The notes beneath the pieces were generated by a model. That model did no database searches. It was not told the DNA's origin and saw only the letters and a list, made by a program, of their open reading frames with translations. 64,000 nt of DNA from a bacterium (GTDB lineage: Bacteria > Bdellovibrionota > UBA1018), in assembly GCA_019751945.1 (NCBI GenBank), contig JAIEMT010000007.1, forward strand, positions 2,608 to 66,607, written 5' to 3'. This document shows positions 28,920-39,178 of this stretch, one piece after another; position 1 is the stretch's first letter, and the number at the start of each line of letters is the position of its first letter. The position numbers and the translations under genes are program-made.

Positions 28920-30206
28920 CTACAAGAGTTCCATCGGCTGGACTTTCCTTAAAAAAATAAAACCCGAAAAATGATTCGCTAACACCGCTTTCATTTCCGG
29001 ATCATCATCGGAAGGATCGCCCCAAATTGTTTGTAAGGATGTCATTAACGGGTGGTCCTTATCTAAAAAAACATCGTCCTGAAAAGTTTCAAAGAGGTAG
29101 CTTTCCAAAAAACTGGCCGGTGCCGTCTTTACGATCGGTGGCTGAAGACTACTCAGTCTGAATCCAAGTTCGTAGCTCGAAATCGCGATGGGATGGTACT
29201 TCTTCCCGAAAAACTCCCGCAAGCGAGTGCCCATGGTACGTGTTCCACGGTAATCTTTTGAGACGAATTCGAGTTGATTGCTATTAAAGAGAATATGGGC
29301 GTTGTGCGCCCAGATCACAGCGGGTTTGCCCTTGAGGAAGTGAAGAGAAAAATTAATAATTTTCTTTGCCATTCCTAAATCCCGCGCCGAATTACTGCGA
29401 GGTTGGTCGCTATTTCGATAATACATCTGACCAAGCCAGGCCTGATAACCATCTATCGCAGCCTGAATCTGAAACCGATTTTCACCCCTCGCGTTCAATT
29501 TTAAATCCAGCTTAGCTTTCAGATGGTCGATCGCCAAATTGCAGGAAGCAAAATCCTGGGAATTGATTAGTTTCTCATGATTGAAGACACGACGCTCAGT
29601 CTTACTGGCATCTTCTTCAGTGGCGTCTATTACCAAACAATGCTTCACAAACTGCTGCCATCTCAAGCCATTGGACAAAGCAAATTTTTTCAGGATCTTT
29701 CCATCTGCTGCAGGCTGACGCGTATCGTAGCCATAAAATAGAATGGGGTCTTCGCGATGGCTTTGGTTGAAATCCCTAATCCAAGTGAACATTTTCGCAA
29801 TCTCTCTTGCCTGCCAAACTTTATAGAACCTTTTAAGTGGCTCTATGACATCCGACGATTCCCCAGACAAAAACCGTTTCATGGGTTCGGTAAAAGCATC
29901 CGGTTGTTCAAAGAGCAGAGCTCTGACTCCCTTTTTCTCAACGAGGTATTTTATGATTTCGAATTTGACCTCATAGAATCCTCCCGAACCGTGGGAGCTC
30001 TCCCCTAGTCCAATAAGGAAACTTTCCTCTGCGTCAGAATTTAAGAACTCCCAGGATTCGAGCCCACGCACGTGAGCATAGTCCCCTTTAATATCTCTGG
30101 AAACAACACGTGATGAATCATTGCGAATGCCGCCATGCTGGCATCCGAAAACACCCAGAAACAAAGGCAATGACATCAACCATCTCTTCAAGGTCGACCT
30201 TTTCAA
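28920..30206 (-). CDS. Erythromycin esterase / ChaN-Tiki superfamily protein
   Basis: 428 aa with a signal peptide. GLGESSHGSGGFYEVKFEIIKYLVEKKGVRALLFEQPD resembles the conserved GEATHG..E N-terminal region of erythromycin-esterase-type hydrolases. Confidence 0.45.
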   Translation of the reverse strand: MKRSTLKRWLMSLPLFLGVFGCQHGGIRNDSSRVVSRDIKGDYAHVRGLESWEFLNSDAEESFLIGLGESSHGSGGFYEVKFEIIKYLVEKKGVRALLFEQPDAFTEPMKRFLSGESSDVIEPLKRFYKVWQAREIAKMFTWIRDFNQSHREDPILFYGYDTRQPAADGKILKKFALSNGLRWQQFVKHCLVIDATEEDASKTERRVFNHEKLINSQDFASCNLAIDHLKAKLDLKLNARGENRFQIQAAIDGYQAWLGQMYYRNSDQPRSNSARDLGMAKKIINFSLHFLKGKPAVIWAHNAHILFNSNQLEFVSKDYRGTRTMGTRLREFFGKKYHPIAISSYELGFRLSSLQPPIVKTAPASFLESYLFETFQDDVFLDKDHPLMTSLQTIWGDPSDDDPEMKAVLANHFSGFIFLRKVQPMELL

Positions 30207-30227
30207 CTATATTCACCCATACGGCCA

Positions 30228-33200
30228 CTAAGGCACTGTAACAAGGTACAGATGCTCAGGGATTGCTGTACTTGAAGGAAGCACTTCCAGCAAGTCCAAC
30301 ATCTGCCAGTTGGAATTCACGCGAATGCGGATCGTATGAGGACCGGAGGTGAGTGAAATATTGGGGCTATAAAGCTTACCCCAGTAGACCCCACCGCCTT
30401 TGGAATCTGGACCCTCGATGCTATCGAGGTCTGCGCTTAATTCCACCGCCTTGTTGTCGACGAAAACTTGGTAGTTGTTGCGCGCGATTAAATAGGAATA
30501 CGGATCTCCTGAAGTCGCTGAGCTGGAATAACCCGTTCGAACACGCACGGCAAAGTGATAACTCCCGGCCGATGAAACGTTCACGGGGATGGAAATCTCA
30601 TCTCCGTTATCTACCATCATCAGGCCTGCTCCACCGCTAGCCAAATCAAATGCCGCGCTTCTAATCGTACCGTTGGTACCAACGTCGCTCACCTTCGTAT
30701 AAGAAGAAGTCTCTAATTCTATCACCTGTGCGCTCCCATTCGCACCGGGAGGATTCATATCCGGTGTCGGCACGGTAGCAAGCACGGTATTGCTTGGAAA
30801 CGGAACGTCGGCTGTGAGTACTTCAAGAACATCGAGCATCTGCCAACTAGAATTCATACGAATGCGAACTGTGTGATTGCCCGCGCTCAAGGATAGATTC
30901 GGCGTATACAAATTACCCCAGAAAACACCGCCGCCTTTCGAATCTGGTCCGGCTATTCCATCTAAATCTGCAATCAATTGAACGGCAACGCCATCGATGA
31001 AGACCTGATAATTATTCAATGTAGTGAGATAGGAATTGGGAACGGACTTGCTCGTGTTGGAATACCCCGTTCGTACTCGAAGAGCAAAGTGATAAGCCCC
31101 GGCACGCGCAAGATTCACCTGAATTGAAAATTCATCGCCTGGGTCGAGCGCTTGCAAACCCGCTCCACCACTCGCCAAATCAAATGCTGCCATCCGAATG
31201 TTGCCGTTACTACCCACGTCGCGAACATTCATTAAGGTCGCTGACTCGAGCTCCACTCGCTGAACCAAACCCAACTCGGGTTCTAAGTCGGTTACAGATG
31301 CGGCTGGATCTCTCCAGAGCACAACCGCACTTTGAGGTTCGACAAAAAATGGGAAGTAGGTCGGAAAACCTTCGAGGTCTCTCCAGCCCGAACAGAGGGT
31401 GCCCGACAACGAACAGGGAATCGATACTGCTTGGGCAGTACTGGGGTTCACCGCGACCTGAAGGAGCTGATCAAAATTTGTAGCTGTCACGCTCACCGCT
31501 TTTAAATCAAAACCACCAAAAATCACCTGAGAGGAAACCGGAATGGTGAAATCGATTCTCGCGTTGGCAGAGGTTGCACTCGCACGAAAATAGATGTCAT
31601 GAGTAGTCCAAAGTCCGGCCTCGGTTCTAGCTTGAACGGAGAGCTGCTGATTGAGCGCATCGATGTTTCCATAGGGAGTGACATTTTCACGAACGCTCAC
31701 TCCGATCAAAGCAGGTTTCGAAGTAGCCGATCGTAGTTGCACTCGGGCTCGATAATAAGTGTCTCTTACCGTGGAAAATGGTTTTGATATCGCAAGGCCA
31801 ATTTCGCTGGCTGCAGTGGAGTAGAGTAAACAAATGCCGGAACTACTGACGATCGGACAAGGAACCTGAGCCTTTGTTGCCGTCACGTTAGCGGACCAAA
31901 CCGAAAAGCTCGAAAGCTCAGACGCCGTACCCGCGTTCAAGGTAGAACTTTCCGAAACAGTCTGAAAACCCGGAGTGACGGAACTGAACGGTTTCATGGG
32001 AGCACGATCCACTCCTAATCCTGCTAACTCCTCAAAAGTAAAATCGCGAGAACCCGCATTCGACGTAAACCGTAGGTAAGTGAAAGTGGTGGGATTCAAA
32101 AAAGTGTTTCCAGAGCCACGTATCGCTGCAGGAATACGATCTAGACCAGTGCCCTGATTGGAATACACCCATATTGGAATTGCAGAATACTTCGAGCCCA
32201 AGACGTTCCCGACAAAAAGATTGTTTACCGAAGCTGGAACAGTTTGGCCACTCGGGTTGAGAATAGGAACAAACTGCGCGGTTGGTCGGTCAAATCTTTT
32301 TCGAACACTATCCTCCGCAGATCTCACACCGTAGACCTTGTAATTAAGAAAAGAATTGTTCTGAATGACGTTGTCATATGCATCGTGAAGCATCAGTGCA
32401 ATGTCGACGTTCTCAACAACATTGCCGGTAACGGTCATTCCGTGAGAATAGTCATCAAGATAAAGACCTGCTACCGCATACGCAACCCGCCCCTTTCCTG
32501 AAAGGTTCGCTGTCGCATTTCTGAGAATATTATTTCGAACAGTCACTCGGGGTTGACGATCGGAGATGTGGATGCCCCCGCAGTCGTCCGCAAGTAAACA
32601 AAAGTTCTCAATAACGTTACCTTCAATGACAGCACCTGCTAATCCAAAAATTCCTACGTAAGCAATGTTCTTAAAACGATTGTTTCGAATCACCGCTGGG
32701 CTGGGATAATAAGAATTTAAAAGTACCGCTGCGGCCGAAAACCGAGGCCCCAATGGCGTGCCGATATTTTGAAAATCATTATTTTCGAGAAGAATTCCTG
32801 CGTCTGCTCGAGCAATATAATGTTGCCGAATAACGTCCGACCCGATGTTATTCACCATGGAGTTTTGAATTTTCCAGGGCTGTGTATTTCCGTCGAATGA
32901 AAATGCAAGACGATAACTATTCTTCACCTGAATCTGAAAGATACTCAGATTCGCGGCACCGTTTGCCTGAATGGCATTCAACCCAGAATTGATGATCTGT
33001 AAATTTTGTAGAGTGACATCGGGGCTGTTGGCCAAAGTGAGAATGTTCTTGTCTTCCGCTACCTCAACGACAACGTCATTCGGATTCAATCCGTTTGGCA
33101 ACGATACATAGAGAGTACTGGTCGCAGCGTCATAAACCCAACCCGGTTGGTTCTGAGCCATCATCCAGACTTTGTTTTCGAGATAGTAGCCCCAGTTTTT

Positions 33201-33893
33201 CATCGGAGGATACGCAAAGTAGCAGTTGGGGTAGCACTCCGTAGGTTGCCTAGGTGCAGAGTTCATCGCGAATATTCCGGAAGTGCGATTGAAACTGGAA
33301 ACGACAACAGAGTTGTACCAATAGTCGACAATTCTTGCGGTGAGAGTCGCTCCTACCAAGTCCTTACCACCCAAAAAAGTCAGGTCGCCAGCGGCTGCTT
33401 GAAGAGTGAGATTGCTAGCAGCAGCCGTCGTGGCTGGAGCATTTTCTCCGATGGTTAAAAATCCCGACGCGGGATAGCGCGCTTTCTTTAAGAAGTTGTT
33501 CTGATAAAAAACCTGTCCTACCGGATTAGAAACGACTTTCTTGTAAATTGTACCGGAATGAACACTCCAGCCCGTAACCCGAGCACTCCCACTCAAAGAA
33601 GTGGAGGAAGCTCCTGCACCGTTAATAACAAGTGGAGCCTTGAGACCAGAAATTTGAAAAGTGCCCGCACAAGTTCCAGAGGCGACTTCCAATCTCCCGC
33701 CGACAGTGATGACAGCGTTAATGCCCGCCTGAAGACTTGAAAAGGGGCGGGCTTGAGAGCCGTCGCCTGTCGAGGCGCTTTTGCAATCGACGTAGACCGT
33801 TGCTGCCCAAGAGGCGCTCGCCGAAAGAAGGCCATAAGATAAGGCTAAACACCCAGTACGTAGTAAATTCCCCATCGATCGATCCCCACCCAT
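30228..33893 (-). CDS. Large secreted right-handed beta-helix (pectate-lyase-fold) protein with two tandem C-terminal carbohydrate-binding-like domains
   Basis: 1221 aa with a signal peptide. Central region has parallel beta-helix repeat signatures (NNIGSDVIRQHYIARADAGILLENNDFQNIG; GNVIENFCLLADDCGGIHIS; GNVVENVDIALMLHDAYDNVIQNNSF). The C-terminal ~330 aa are two ~160-aa repeats, about 55-60% identical. Confidence 0.6.
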   Translation of the reverse strand: MGGDRSMGNLLRTGCLALSYGLLSASASWAATVYVDCKSASTGDGSQARPFSSLQAGINAVITVGGRLEVASGTCAGTFQISGLKAPLVINGAGASSTSLSGSARVTGWSVHSGTIYKKVVSNPVGQVFYQNNFLKKARYPASGFLTIGENAPATTAAASNLTLQAAAGDLTFLGGKDLVGATLTARIVDYWYNSVVVSSFNRTSGIFAMNSAPRQPTECYPNCYFAYPPMKNWGYYLENKVWMMAQNQPGWVYDAATSTLYVSLPNGLNPNDVVVEVAEDKNILTLANSPDVTLQNLQIINSGLNAIQANGAANLSIFQIQVKNSYRLAFSFDGNTQPWKIQNSMVNNIGSDVIRQHYIARADAGILLENNDFQNIGTPLGPRFSAAAVLLNSYYPSPAVIRNNRFKNIAYVGIFGLAGAVIEGNVIENFCLLADDCGGIHISDRQPRVTVRNNILRNATANLSGKGRVAYAVAGLYLDDYSHGMTVTGNVVENVDIALMLHDAYDNVIQNNSFLNYKVYGVRSAEDSVRKRFDRPTAQFVPILNPSGQTVPASVNNLFVGNVLGSKYSAIPIWVYSNQGTGLDRIPAAIRGSGNTFLNPTTFTYLRFTSNAGSRDFTFEELAGLGVDRAPMKPFSSVTPGFQTVSESSTLNAGTASELSSFSVWSANVTATKAQVPCPIVSSSGICLLYSTAASEIGLAISKPFSTVRDTYYRARVQLRSATSKPALIGVSVRENVTPYGNIDALNQQLSVQARTEAGLWTTHDIYFRASATSANARIDFTIPVSSQVIFGGFDLKAVSVTATNFDQLLQVAVNPSTAQAVSIPCSLSGTLCSGWRDLEGFPTYFPFFVEPQSAVVLWRDPAASVTDLEPELGLVQRVELESATLMNVRDVGSNGNIRMAAFDLASGGAGLQALDPGDEFSIQVNLARAGAYHFALRVRTGYSNTSKSVPNSYLTTLNNYQVFIDGVAVQLIADLDGIAGPDSKGGGVFWGNLYTPNLSLSAGNHTVRIRMNSSWQMLDVLEVLTADVPFPSNTVLATVPTPDMNPPGANGSAQVIELETSSYTKVSDVGTNGTIRSAAFDLASGGAGLMMVDNGDEISIPVNVSSAGSYHFAVRVRTGYSSSATSGDPYSYLIARNNYQVFVDNKAVELSADLDSIEGPDSKGGGVYWGKLYSPNISLTSGPHTIRIRVNSNWQMLDLLEVLPSSTAIPEHLYLVTVP
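30250..31330. repeat. Tandem duplication (~540-bp unit x2) inside the 1221-aa gene, encoding the two C-terminal binding domains
   Basis: DNA similarity is visible between about 30300-30660 and 30838-31200 (for example GCTCCACCGCTAGCCAAATCAAATGCCGCG versus GCTCCACCACTCGCCAAATCAAATGCTGCC). The protein repeats are VGSNGNIRMAAFDLASGGAGLQALDPGDEFSIQVN and VGTNGTIRSAAFDLASGGAGLMMVDNGDEISIPVN. Confidence 0.55.
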
Positions 33894-34517
33894 CGGCTAA
33901 TAAAGCAATATCGGTACCGAAGACGGTTAATGTAAACCCGCCTAAGTGGGTGAATTCTTTAGGTGTGTCAGGGGTGATTTCGAGTCCATTTGTACAGAGA
34001 ATGAGCACACTTTAAACACTGCGAGTGTAAAATGATCAATCTCACAAAAGGCTCGAAACTACGGATTAGTTTTTTAATTTGCAGACGATCTTGCCGTACA
34101 CCGGCTCTTCGCTATCGGCGTGCTCTTTTGCTTTGCCGAAAACAAGGGTGTATTCGCCCGAGACTGCTCTCTTGATGGTCTCGACCTTGAAGCGGCTGGC
34201 GATTAACGAGAAAGTAAAAGCATGTCTACGAGAAAGCCGCGGAACGCCGCTCCTGAAGCCTCGACGCGGCTCCTTATTTTTCCAGCAGATTGAGTGTTGA
34301 CATCCCGCCGCCCCACGTATACACGAAGCGCAAATACGAGTTCACCGCGGGACGTTATCTCTAGGTGGAAGCGTGTTTTGATCGAATTTCCTCTGGATTC
34401 CCAGGGATGGGAATCCCCCCAATTATTTCAGTTGGACAGTTTGCGGTTGGCAGTATGCGGAAGCGGGCAGCGGTTTGCTGTGACTGTTTCTGTAACGGTT
34501 TTCGGGGGGCCTGAAGA

Positions 34518-35462
34518 CTAGAGGGCTGCGGCCCAGCCACCGTTCCCACCCGCAGCAACGGGGCGAAGAGCGGCGGCAGGACGGACTTTTTCTTCGGCGG
34601 TTACGGAATCCATGATCTCAAAATTGTTGGGATCCTTGAAAATCTCGTTCAAAAGCTGGCAGTGCAAATCATGGCCAGCGCGATGTAACCGGAAGTGAGC
34701 CTGGAGAGCGTAACCAGCAAGTTTAAAGTCTCCAAGCGCGTCGAGCACTTTGTGGCGGACAAACTCATCAGCAAAGCGAAGTCCCTCGGGGTTCAATATC
34801 TTGGCCTCATTGAGAACCACGGCATTTTCTAAAGAACCCCCGCGAGCCAATCCCATCTGCTTGAGCATCTCGACTTCTTTTAAGAAGCCAAAGGTGCGAG
34901 CACGAGAAAGCTCGGTGAACGATGTCTTGCCTTCAATATAATGAAAATCTTGATGTCCAATCGCGGGATGATCCCACTCGATCGAACCTTGAATCTCGAG
35001 GCGCTCAGACGGGCCAGCAGCCGCCCACTTCTCGCCGATCTTCACTTCTACTTTACGAGTCAGAATGAGCTTCGCACGAGTGGCGCGCTGAGTTTCTAAA
35101 CCTGCATCTAAAATCGCTTCACAAAAAGGATGAGAGCTCCCGTCCATGATCGGAATTTCCGGACCATCGACTTCAATCAACGCATTGTCGACACCCAAAC
35201 CTTGGAGTGCCGCTAAGACATGCTCCACGGTGCTCACGGTCGCGCGACCCTGGCCAAGCGTGGTTGCCATCTGCGTGTTCACGATCTTGCTGTAGTGACC
35301 TAGAATTTCGGGGCGACCTTCCAAATCTGTTCGAACAAAAATGATTCCTGAATTGATGGGGCCCGGCTTGATATTCAGAATACTGTCTTTGCCAGAGTGA
35401 ACGCCAACACCCTTGAGTTGAATTGGAAATTTGAGTGTCTGTTGCAGATTAATTAAGTTCAT
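34518..35462 (-). CDS. lpxC: UDP-3-O-acyl-N-acetylglucosamine deacetylase
   Basis: 314 aa. Canonical LpxC N-terminus (IKFPIQLKGVGVHSGK...) and HVLAALQGLGVDNALIEVDGPEIPIMDGSS. Confidence 0.9.
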   Translation of the reverse strand: MNLINLQQTLKFPIQLKGVGVHSGKDSILNIKPGPINSGIIFVRTDLEGRPEILGHYSKIVNTQMATTLGQGRATVSTVEHVLAALQGLGVDNALIEVDGPEIPIMDGSSHPFCEAILDAGLETQRATRAKLILTRKVEVKIGEKWAAAGPSERLEIQGSIEWDHPAIGHQDFHYIEGKTSFTELSRARTFGFLKEVEMLKQMGLARGGSLENAVVLNEAKILNPEGLRFADEFVRHKVLDALGDFKLAGYALQAHFRLHRAGHDLHCQLLNEIFKDPNNFEIMDSVTAEEKVRPAAALRPVAAGGNGGWAAAL

Positions 35463-35682
35463 CTGTACTCTGTAAGAGCAAGGTGCGTGCCTAGCTGTGA
35501 TGTGTCATTTCACTTTTTGTGAGATTTTCTTTTACGCGATTTCTCGCATGATTTCTAGTATTTAACTGCACCGTCAAAAAATTTTCGGCACTGCGAAACG
35601 AGCGGAAACACGACACTCTGAATCAATGTGTGATTTAAGACACAAACTTTCGAGACCCATCTGTTGTTATTTGTACACACTC

Positions 35683-36741
35683 TCAATCAAAGAGAGTGGG
35701 CGGCTCAGAGCCGGGAACGGAAGTTTTTTTTGTCTCTTCCCAGGGCAATCCCAGATGTTCATAGGCCAAACGGGTCGCCATTCGCCCCCGACTCGTGCGC
35801 TGAAGGAAGCCCTCTTGAATCAGGTAGGGCTCGTAGACATCCTCCAGGGTATCTCTCTCTTCACCGATGGCAGAAGCAAGGGTTTCAATCCCCACCGGAC
35901 CGCCATCGAATTTCTCAGAGATCGTTCGAAGATACTTTCGATCCATCGAATCTAACCCCCGGTGATCGACCTCAAAGAGCTGGAGGGCTTTTTGAGCCAA
36001 AGCACGATCCAGCTTCTTAGCGCCTTCTTCTGCACGAACCTGCACGAAATCCCGCACCCGCTTCAGCAAACGGTTGGCAATTCGGGGCGTTCCGCGCGAG
36101 CGGCGGGCAATTTCATTGGCGCCCGACGCATCGATTTCAATATCGAGAATCTGGGCGGAACGAAGCACGATCTTTTCTAACTCTTCGTGAGGGTAAAATT
36201 CTAATCGCAGCTGCACTCCAAAGCGGTCTCGCAAGGGATTGGTGAGCAAGCCCGTCCGAGTGGTAGCCCCCACCAAAGTAAAGCGAGGTAAATCGATGCG
36301 CAAAGTCCGCGCTGCTGGGCCTTGTCCAATAATGATGTCGAGTTTGAAATCTTCCATCGCTCCGTAAAGCACTTCTTCGATGGTTTTCTGCAGACGGTGA
36401 ATCTCGTCGATGAAAAGCACGTCGCCCGGCTGAAGCTGACTCAAGACTGCGGCCAGGTCGCCCTTCTTTTCAACGTTCGGGCCCGTCACCATGTGAATCT
36501 GAGAACCCATCTCGTGAGCAACAATCTGTGCCAGCGTGGTTTTCCCCAAGCCCGGAGGTCCCGCCAGCAAGACGTGATCGAGCGAATCGCCCCGTTTCTT
36601 CGCCGCCTGAATAAAAAGCGAAAGATTTTCTTTCACATGCTTTTGGCCGACGTATTCCGCCAAAGTGCCGGGACGTAGATTGGGCGCTTGATCCCCGGCC
36701 GCCGATTCTGGCGCAACGATTCTGGATTCGGTGTCGCTCAT
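35683..36741 (-). CDS. ruvB: Holliday junction branch-migration helicase RuvB
   Basis: 352 aa. Walker [12 protein letters not shown], Walker B DEIHRL, RuvB C-terminal winged helix. Confidence 0.9.
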   Translation of the reverse strand: MSDTESRIVAPESAAGDQAPNLRPGTLAEYVGQKHVKENLSLFIQAAKKRGDSLDHVLLAGPPGLGKTTLAQIVAHEMGSQIHMVTGPNVEKKGDLAAVLSQLQPGDVLFIDEIHRLQKTIEEVLYGAMEDFKLDIIIGQGPAARTLRIDLPRFTLVGATTRTGLLTNPLRDRFGVQLRLEFYPHEELEKIVLRSAQILDIEIDASGANEIARRSRGTPRIANRLLKRVRDFVQVRAEEGAKKLDRALAQKALQLFEVDHRGLDSMDRKYLRTISEKFDGGPVGIETLASAIGEERDTLEDVYEPYLIQEGFLQRTSRGRMATRLAYEHLGLPWEETKKTSVPGSEPPTLFD

Positions 36742-37391
36742 GAAGCAGAACCCCCGATACTTCGAAGAGCGCTGCGAATCAGCTCTTCCACCTGCGTCGG
36801 CGGAGTGGATTGAGCCATCAACGAATTCAAAGTCGATGTGACTTCCATTTCTCGATAACCTAAACCCATCAGCGCCTCTCGCGCTTCACGCAAAATTCCA
36901 CCCGCACCCGAAACAGCTCCGGATACTTTGGCGTGGGTTTCAGAGGGCTTCTTCGAAAGAAGCCCAGAATATTTTCCAGCCTGAACTTGCTTCCGGATGG
37001 GATCAATCATTTCTAAAATAATTCGATCCGCCGTTTTCTTGCCGATGCCCTGAACGTCGTGCAACGATTCTTTGTCGCCATCCACAATGATTTGAAGCAA
37101 ACGACCGGGCTCAGTATGTGAAAGAATTCCCAGCGCGCTCTTAGGACCAATTCCATTCACGTTCAAAAGAGCCAGGAATAAATCTTTTTCATCCTTGGTG
37201 CGAAAGCCGAAAAGATCCAGCGCATCTTCGCGCACGTGAGTATGAATGTAGAGTTCGAGAGAATCGCCCGCCTGAAGGCTGATGCCCTCGCGAATGGACA
37301 TCGTAACGAGGTAACCCACTCCATTCGCGGTGGAGAGAAGGAGTTTGTTGTCTTCGATTTCTAGAATTTTCCCCTGAAGGTAACCGATCAT
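36738..37391 (-). CDS. ruvA: Holliday junction DNA helicase RuvA
   Basis: Start taken at the internal [15 protein letters not shown] (218 aa, canonical RuvA N-terminus). The track ORF extends to 37532 through an R/S-rich stretch overlapping ruvC. ATGA overlaps with ruvC upstream and ruvB downstream. Confidence 0.8.
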   Translation of the reverse strand: MIGYLQGKILEIEDNKLLLSTANGVGYLVTMSIREGISLQAGDSLELYIHTHVREDALDLFGFRTKDEKDLFLALLNVNGIGPKSALGILSHTEPGRLLQIIVDGDKESLHDVQGIGKKTADRIILEMIDPIRKQVQAGKYSGLLSKKPSETHAKVSGAVSGAGGILREAREALMGLGYREMEVTSTLNSLMAQSTPPTQVEELIRSALRSIGGSAS

Positions 37392-37999
37392 CTCTTCTTT
37401 ATTACTGCCGCAACTCCGAGGGATTCGGCAAGCGACATTCGCTTTTTCTTTCCTGAGCTCAATTGAGTTGCGAGCGACGGTTTTTGGGACGCTGCTGCAA
37501 CTGGTTGCGACACCAACCGATAGGCGTGGCATATTGCGAGCGCTAACGCATCAGACGCGTCAGAAGTGACAAAGTTTTTCTGCCCAAGCAAAATTCCCAC
37601 CATTCGAGCGATCTGATCTTTATCGGCCTGACCGTACCCGCTCACTGCAGCCTTTGCTTCTGTGGGGCTGTACTCGGCGATTTCTAATCCGTGAATTTTT
37701 CCAGTGAGGATTGCAGCGCCGCGCGCCTGGCCCAGTTTCAGCGCAGAAAGTGCATTCTTCGCGAAGAAAACTTTCTCAACCACCATGACATGCGGACGCA
37801 CCTGAGTGATCACTTCGCTCAAGCCCTGATGGATAAGAAGTAACCGATCATCTAGCGAAACGGTGGCCTTCCCGCTCGTGCTCGCGATCTTCAAAGTACC
37901 ATGGCAGACGTGTTGGAGTTGATTCCCCACCAGGTCGACGCAGCCGTAACCTGTGAGACGAGACCCCGGATCTATTCCTAAGATTCGGAACACTTTCAT
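37388..37999 (-). CDS. ruvC: Crossover junction endodeoxyribonuclease RuvC
   Basis: 203 aa. MKVFRILGIDPGSRLTGYG is the typical RuvC N-terminus with the catalytic Asp. Confidence 0.85.
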   Translation of the reverse strand: MKVFRILGIDPGSRLTGYGCVDLVGNQLQHVCHGTLKIASTSGKATVSLDDRLLLIHQGLSEVITQVRPHVMVVEKVFFAKNALSALKLGQARGAAILTGKIHGLEIAEYSPTEAKAAVSGYGQADKDQIARMVGILLGQKNFVTSDASDALALAICHAYRLVSQPVAAASQKPSLATQLSSGKKKRMSLAESLGVAAVIKKR

Positions 38000-38029
38000 T
38001 CCGAATCATTCTAGTAGTTCGAACTCGAT

Positions 38030-39178
38030 TTAGGAAAGGGCTTTATCGTAGATTCGATAAACCTTCGCCAACTCGCCCTTCATGTATTCGACGCCGCGAA
38101 CCATGGGCTTGTTGTCTTCCAAGATCCAAGACGCTTCGCCGGTCGGATAACCGTTGCCAGGACCGCGCGTTAAATATTCTGTATAAAGGAGCGGGCCAAT
38201 ACCCACTTCGCGATACGCCTTCTTAATTCCCAAAGTGAGAATACGACAACGATTCAGCGTCTTCTTCTTTCCCGGACCCTTGGTGTTCCAAAGTAACTTC
38301 AACAACCCAAAGGGCAGAAGCTTTCCATCTGGAACCTTCTTCAACGCTTGATTGATGTCGGGCAGAGCCAGAGCAAAGCCCGCGGGCTCGCCTCGTACTT
38401 CACACATCAAAAGAAGATTCGGATCCACCACAGCCTTCATGTCTTTGGCCATGTGACGAAACTCTTCAGGGTTCATCGGGACGAAGCCCCAATTCTTTTC
38501 CCAGGCGTCGTTGTAAATTTCTAAAATGGTTTCGACTTCCTGGTCGAATTTTTTCATGTCGACCGTACGGAAAGTCACCTTACCGCCGGCCTTCAAACGC
38601 TCGGAATGACGAATCAGTTTTTCTGAAAACTTAGAATCGCCGTGAATGTAGTAAGCGTTCAAATCTTTCGCCTTCGCAAAACCCCAGCCCTCTAAAAGGG
38701 TAGCGTAGTAAGGCGGATTGTAAGTCATCATCACCGACGGAGTGTCATCGAAGCCTTGGATCAGCAAACCGCACTCGTGGTTCGTGCTCGGATTCATCGG
38801 TCCACGCAGCATATTCATGCCCTTGGACTTGGCCCAATTCGCCACTTCACCCAACATCAAGTCGGTGAGCTCTTGGTTCTCAATCGCTTCGTAGAACCCA
38901 AAGAAGGCCGTTTTCTCTTCGTGATACTTGTTGTGGTTGTCATCGATCACGCCGACAACGCGGCCCACGCACTTACCATTTTGATAAGCCACGAGCGGGT
39001 ACATCCAGGCGTGCTTGAAAAAGGGGTTCTTATTCACGTCAAGCGTGTCTTTGACCGCGATCTTCAGCGGCGGAACCCAGTACGGACTGTCTTTGTAGAT
39101 CATCCAAGGAAGGTCAATGAAGTCCTTCCAGTCTGACTTGCTCTCAACGCGCTTCAGCTGAAACTGCTGCGTACTCAT
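38030..39178 (-). CDS. GNAT-superfamily acyltransferase-like protein (candidate bacterial ceramide synthase-type N-acyltransferase)
   Basis: 382 aa. Two GNAT-like halves (...GRVVGVIDDNHNKYHEEKTAFFGFYEAIEN...; ...FRTVDMKKFDQEVETILEIYNDAWEKNWGFVPM...GEASWILEDN). Overlaps the downstream spt-like gene by 35 nt, implying co-translation. Confidence 0.4.
   Translation of the reverse strand: MSTQQFQLKRVESKSDWKDFIDLPWMIYKDSPYWVPPLKIAVKDTLDVNKNPFFKHAWMYPLVAYQNGKCVGRVVGVIDDNHNKYHEEKTAFFGFYEAIENQELTDLMLGEVANWAKSKGMNMLRGPMNPSTNHECGLLIQGFDDTPSVMMTYNPPYYATLLEGWGFAKAKDLNAYYIHGDSKFSEKLIRHSERLKAGGKVTFRTVDMKKFDQEVETILEIYNDAWEKNWGFVPMNPEEFRHMAKDMKAVVDPNLLLMCEVRGEPAGFALALPDINQALKKVPDGKLLPFGLLKLLWNTKGPGKKKTLNRCRILTLGIKKAYREVGIGPLLYTEYLTRGPGNGYPTGEASWILEDNKPMVRGVEYMKGELAKVYRIYDKALS

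Noticed and set aside
33894-34517. Possible RNase P RNA, tmRNA, SRP RNA or 6S RNA in the long intergenic region
   Set aside because: None of the conserved boxes (GGAAAGTCCGG, the tmRNA tag ORF plus tRNA-like end, the SRP GGAA tetraloop context) could be found on either strand by eye. Left as an unexplained non-coding region, not an RNA gene call.
37392-37532. N-terminal extensions of the track ORFs for ruvA (47 codons), murA (27 codons, 45243..45323), the aspartic protease (147 codons, 21992..22432) and the coiled-coil protein (56 codons, 10562..10729)
   Set aside because: Each extension is R/S/P-rich, overlaps the neighbouring gene, and precedes an internal Met followed by the canonical family N-terminus or a signal peptide. 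The shorter starts were used.
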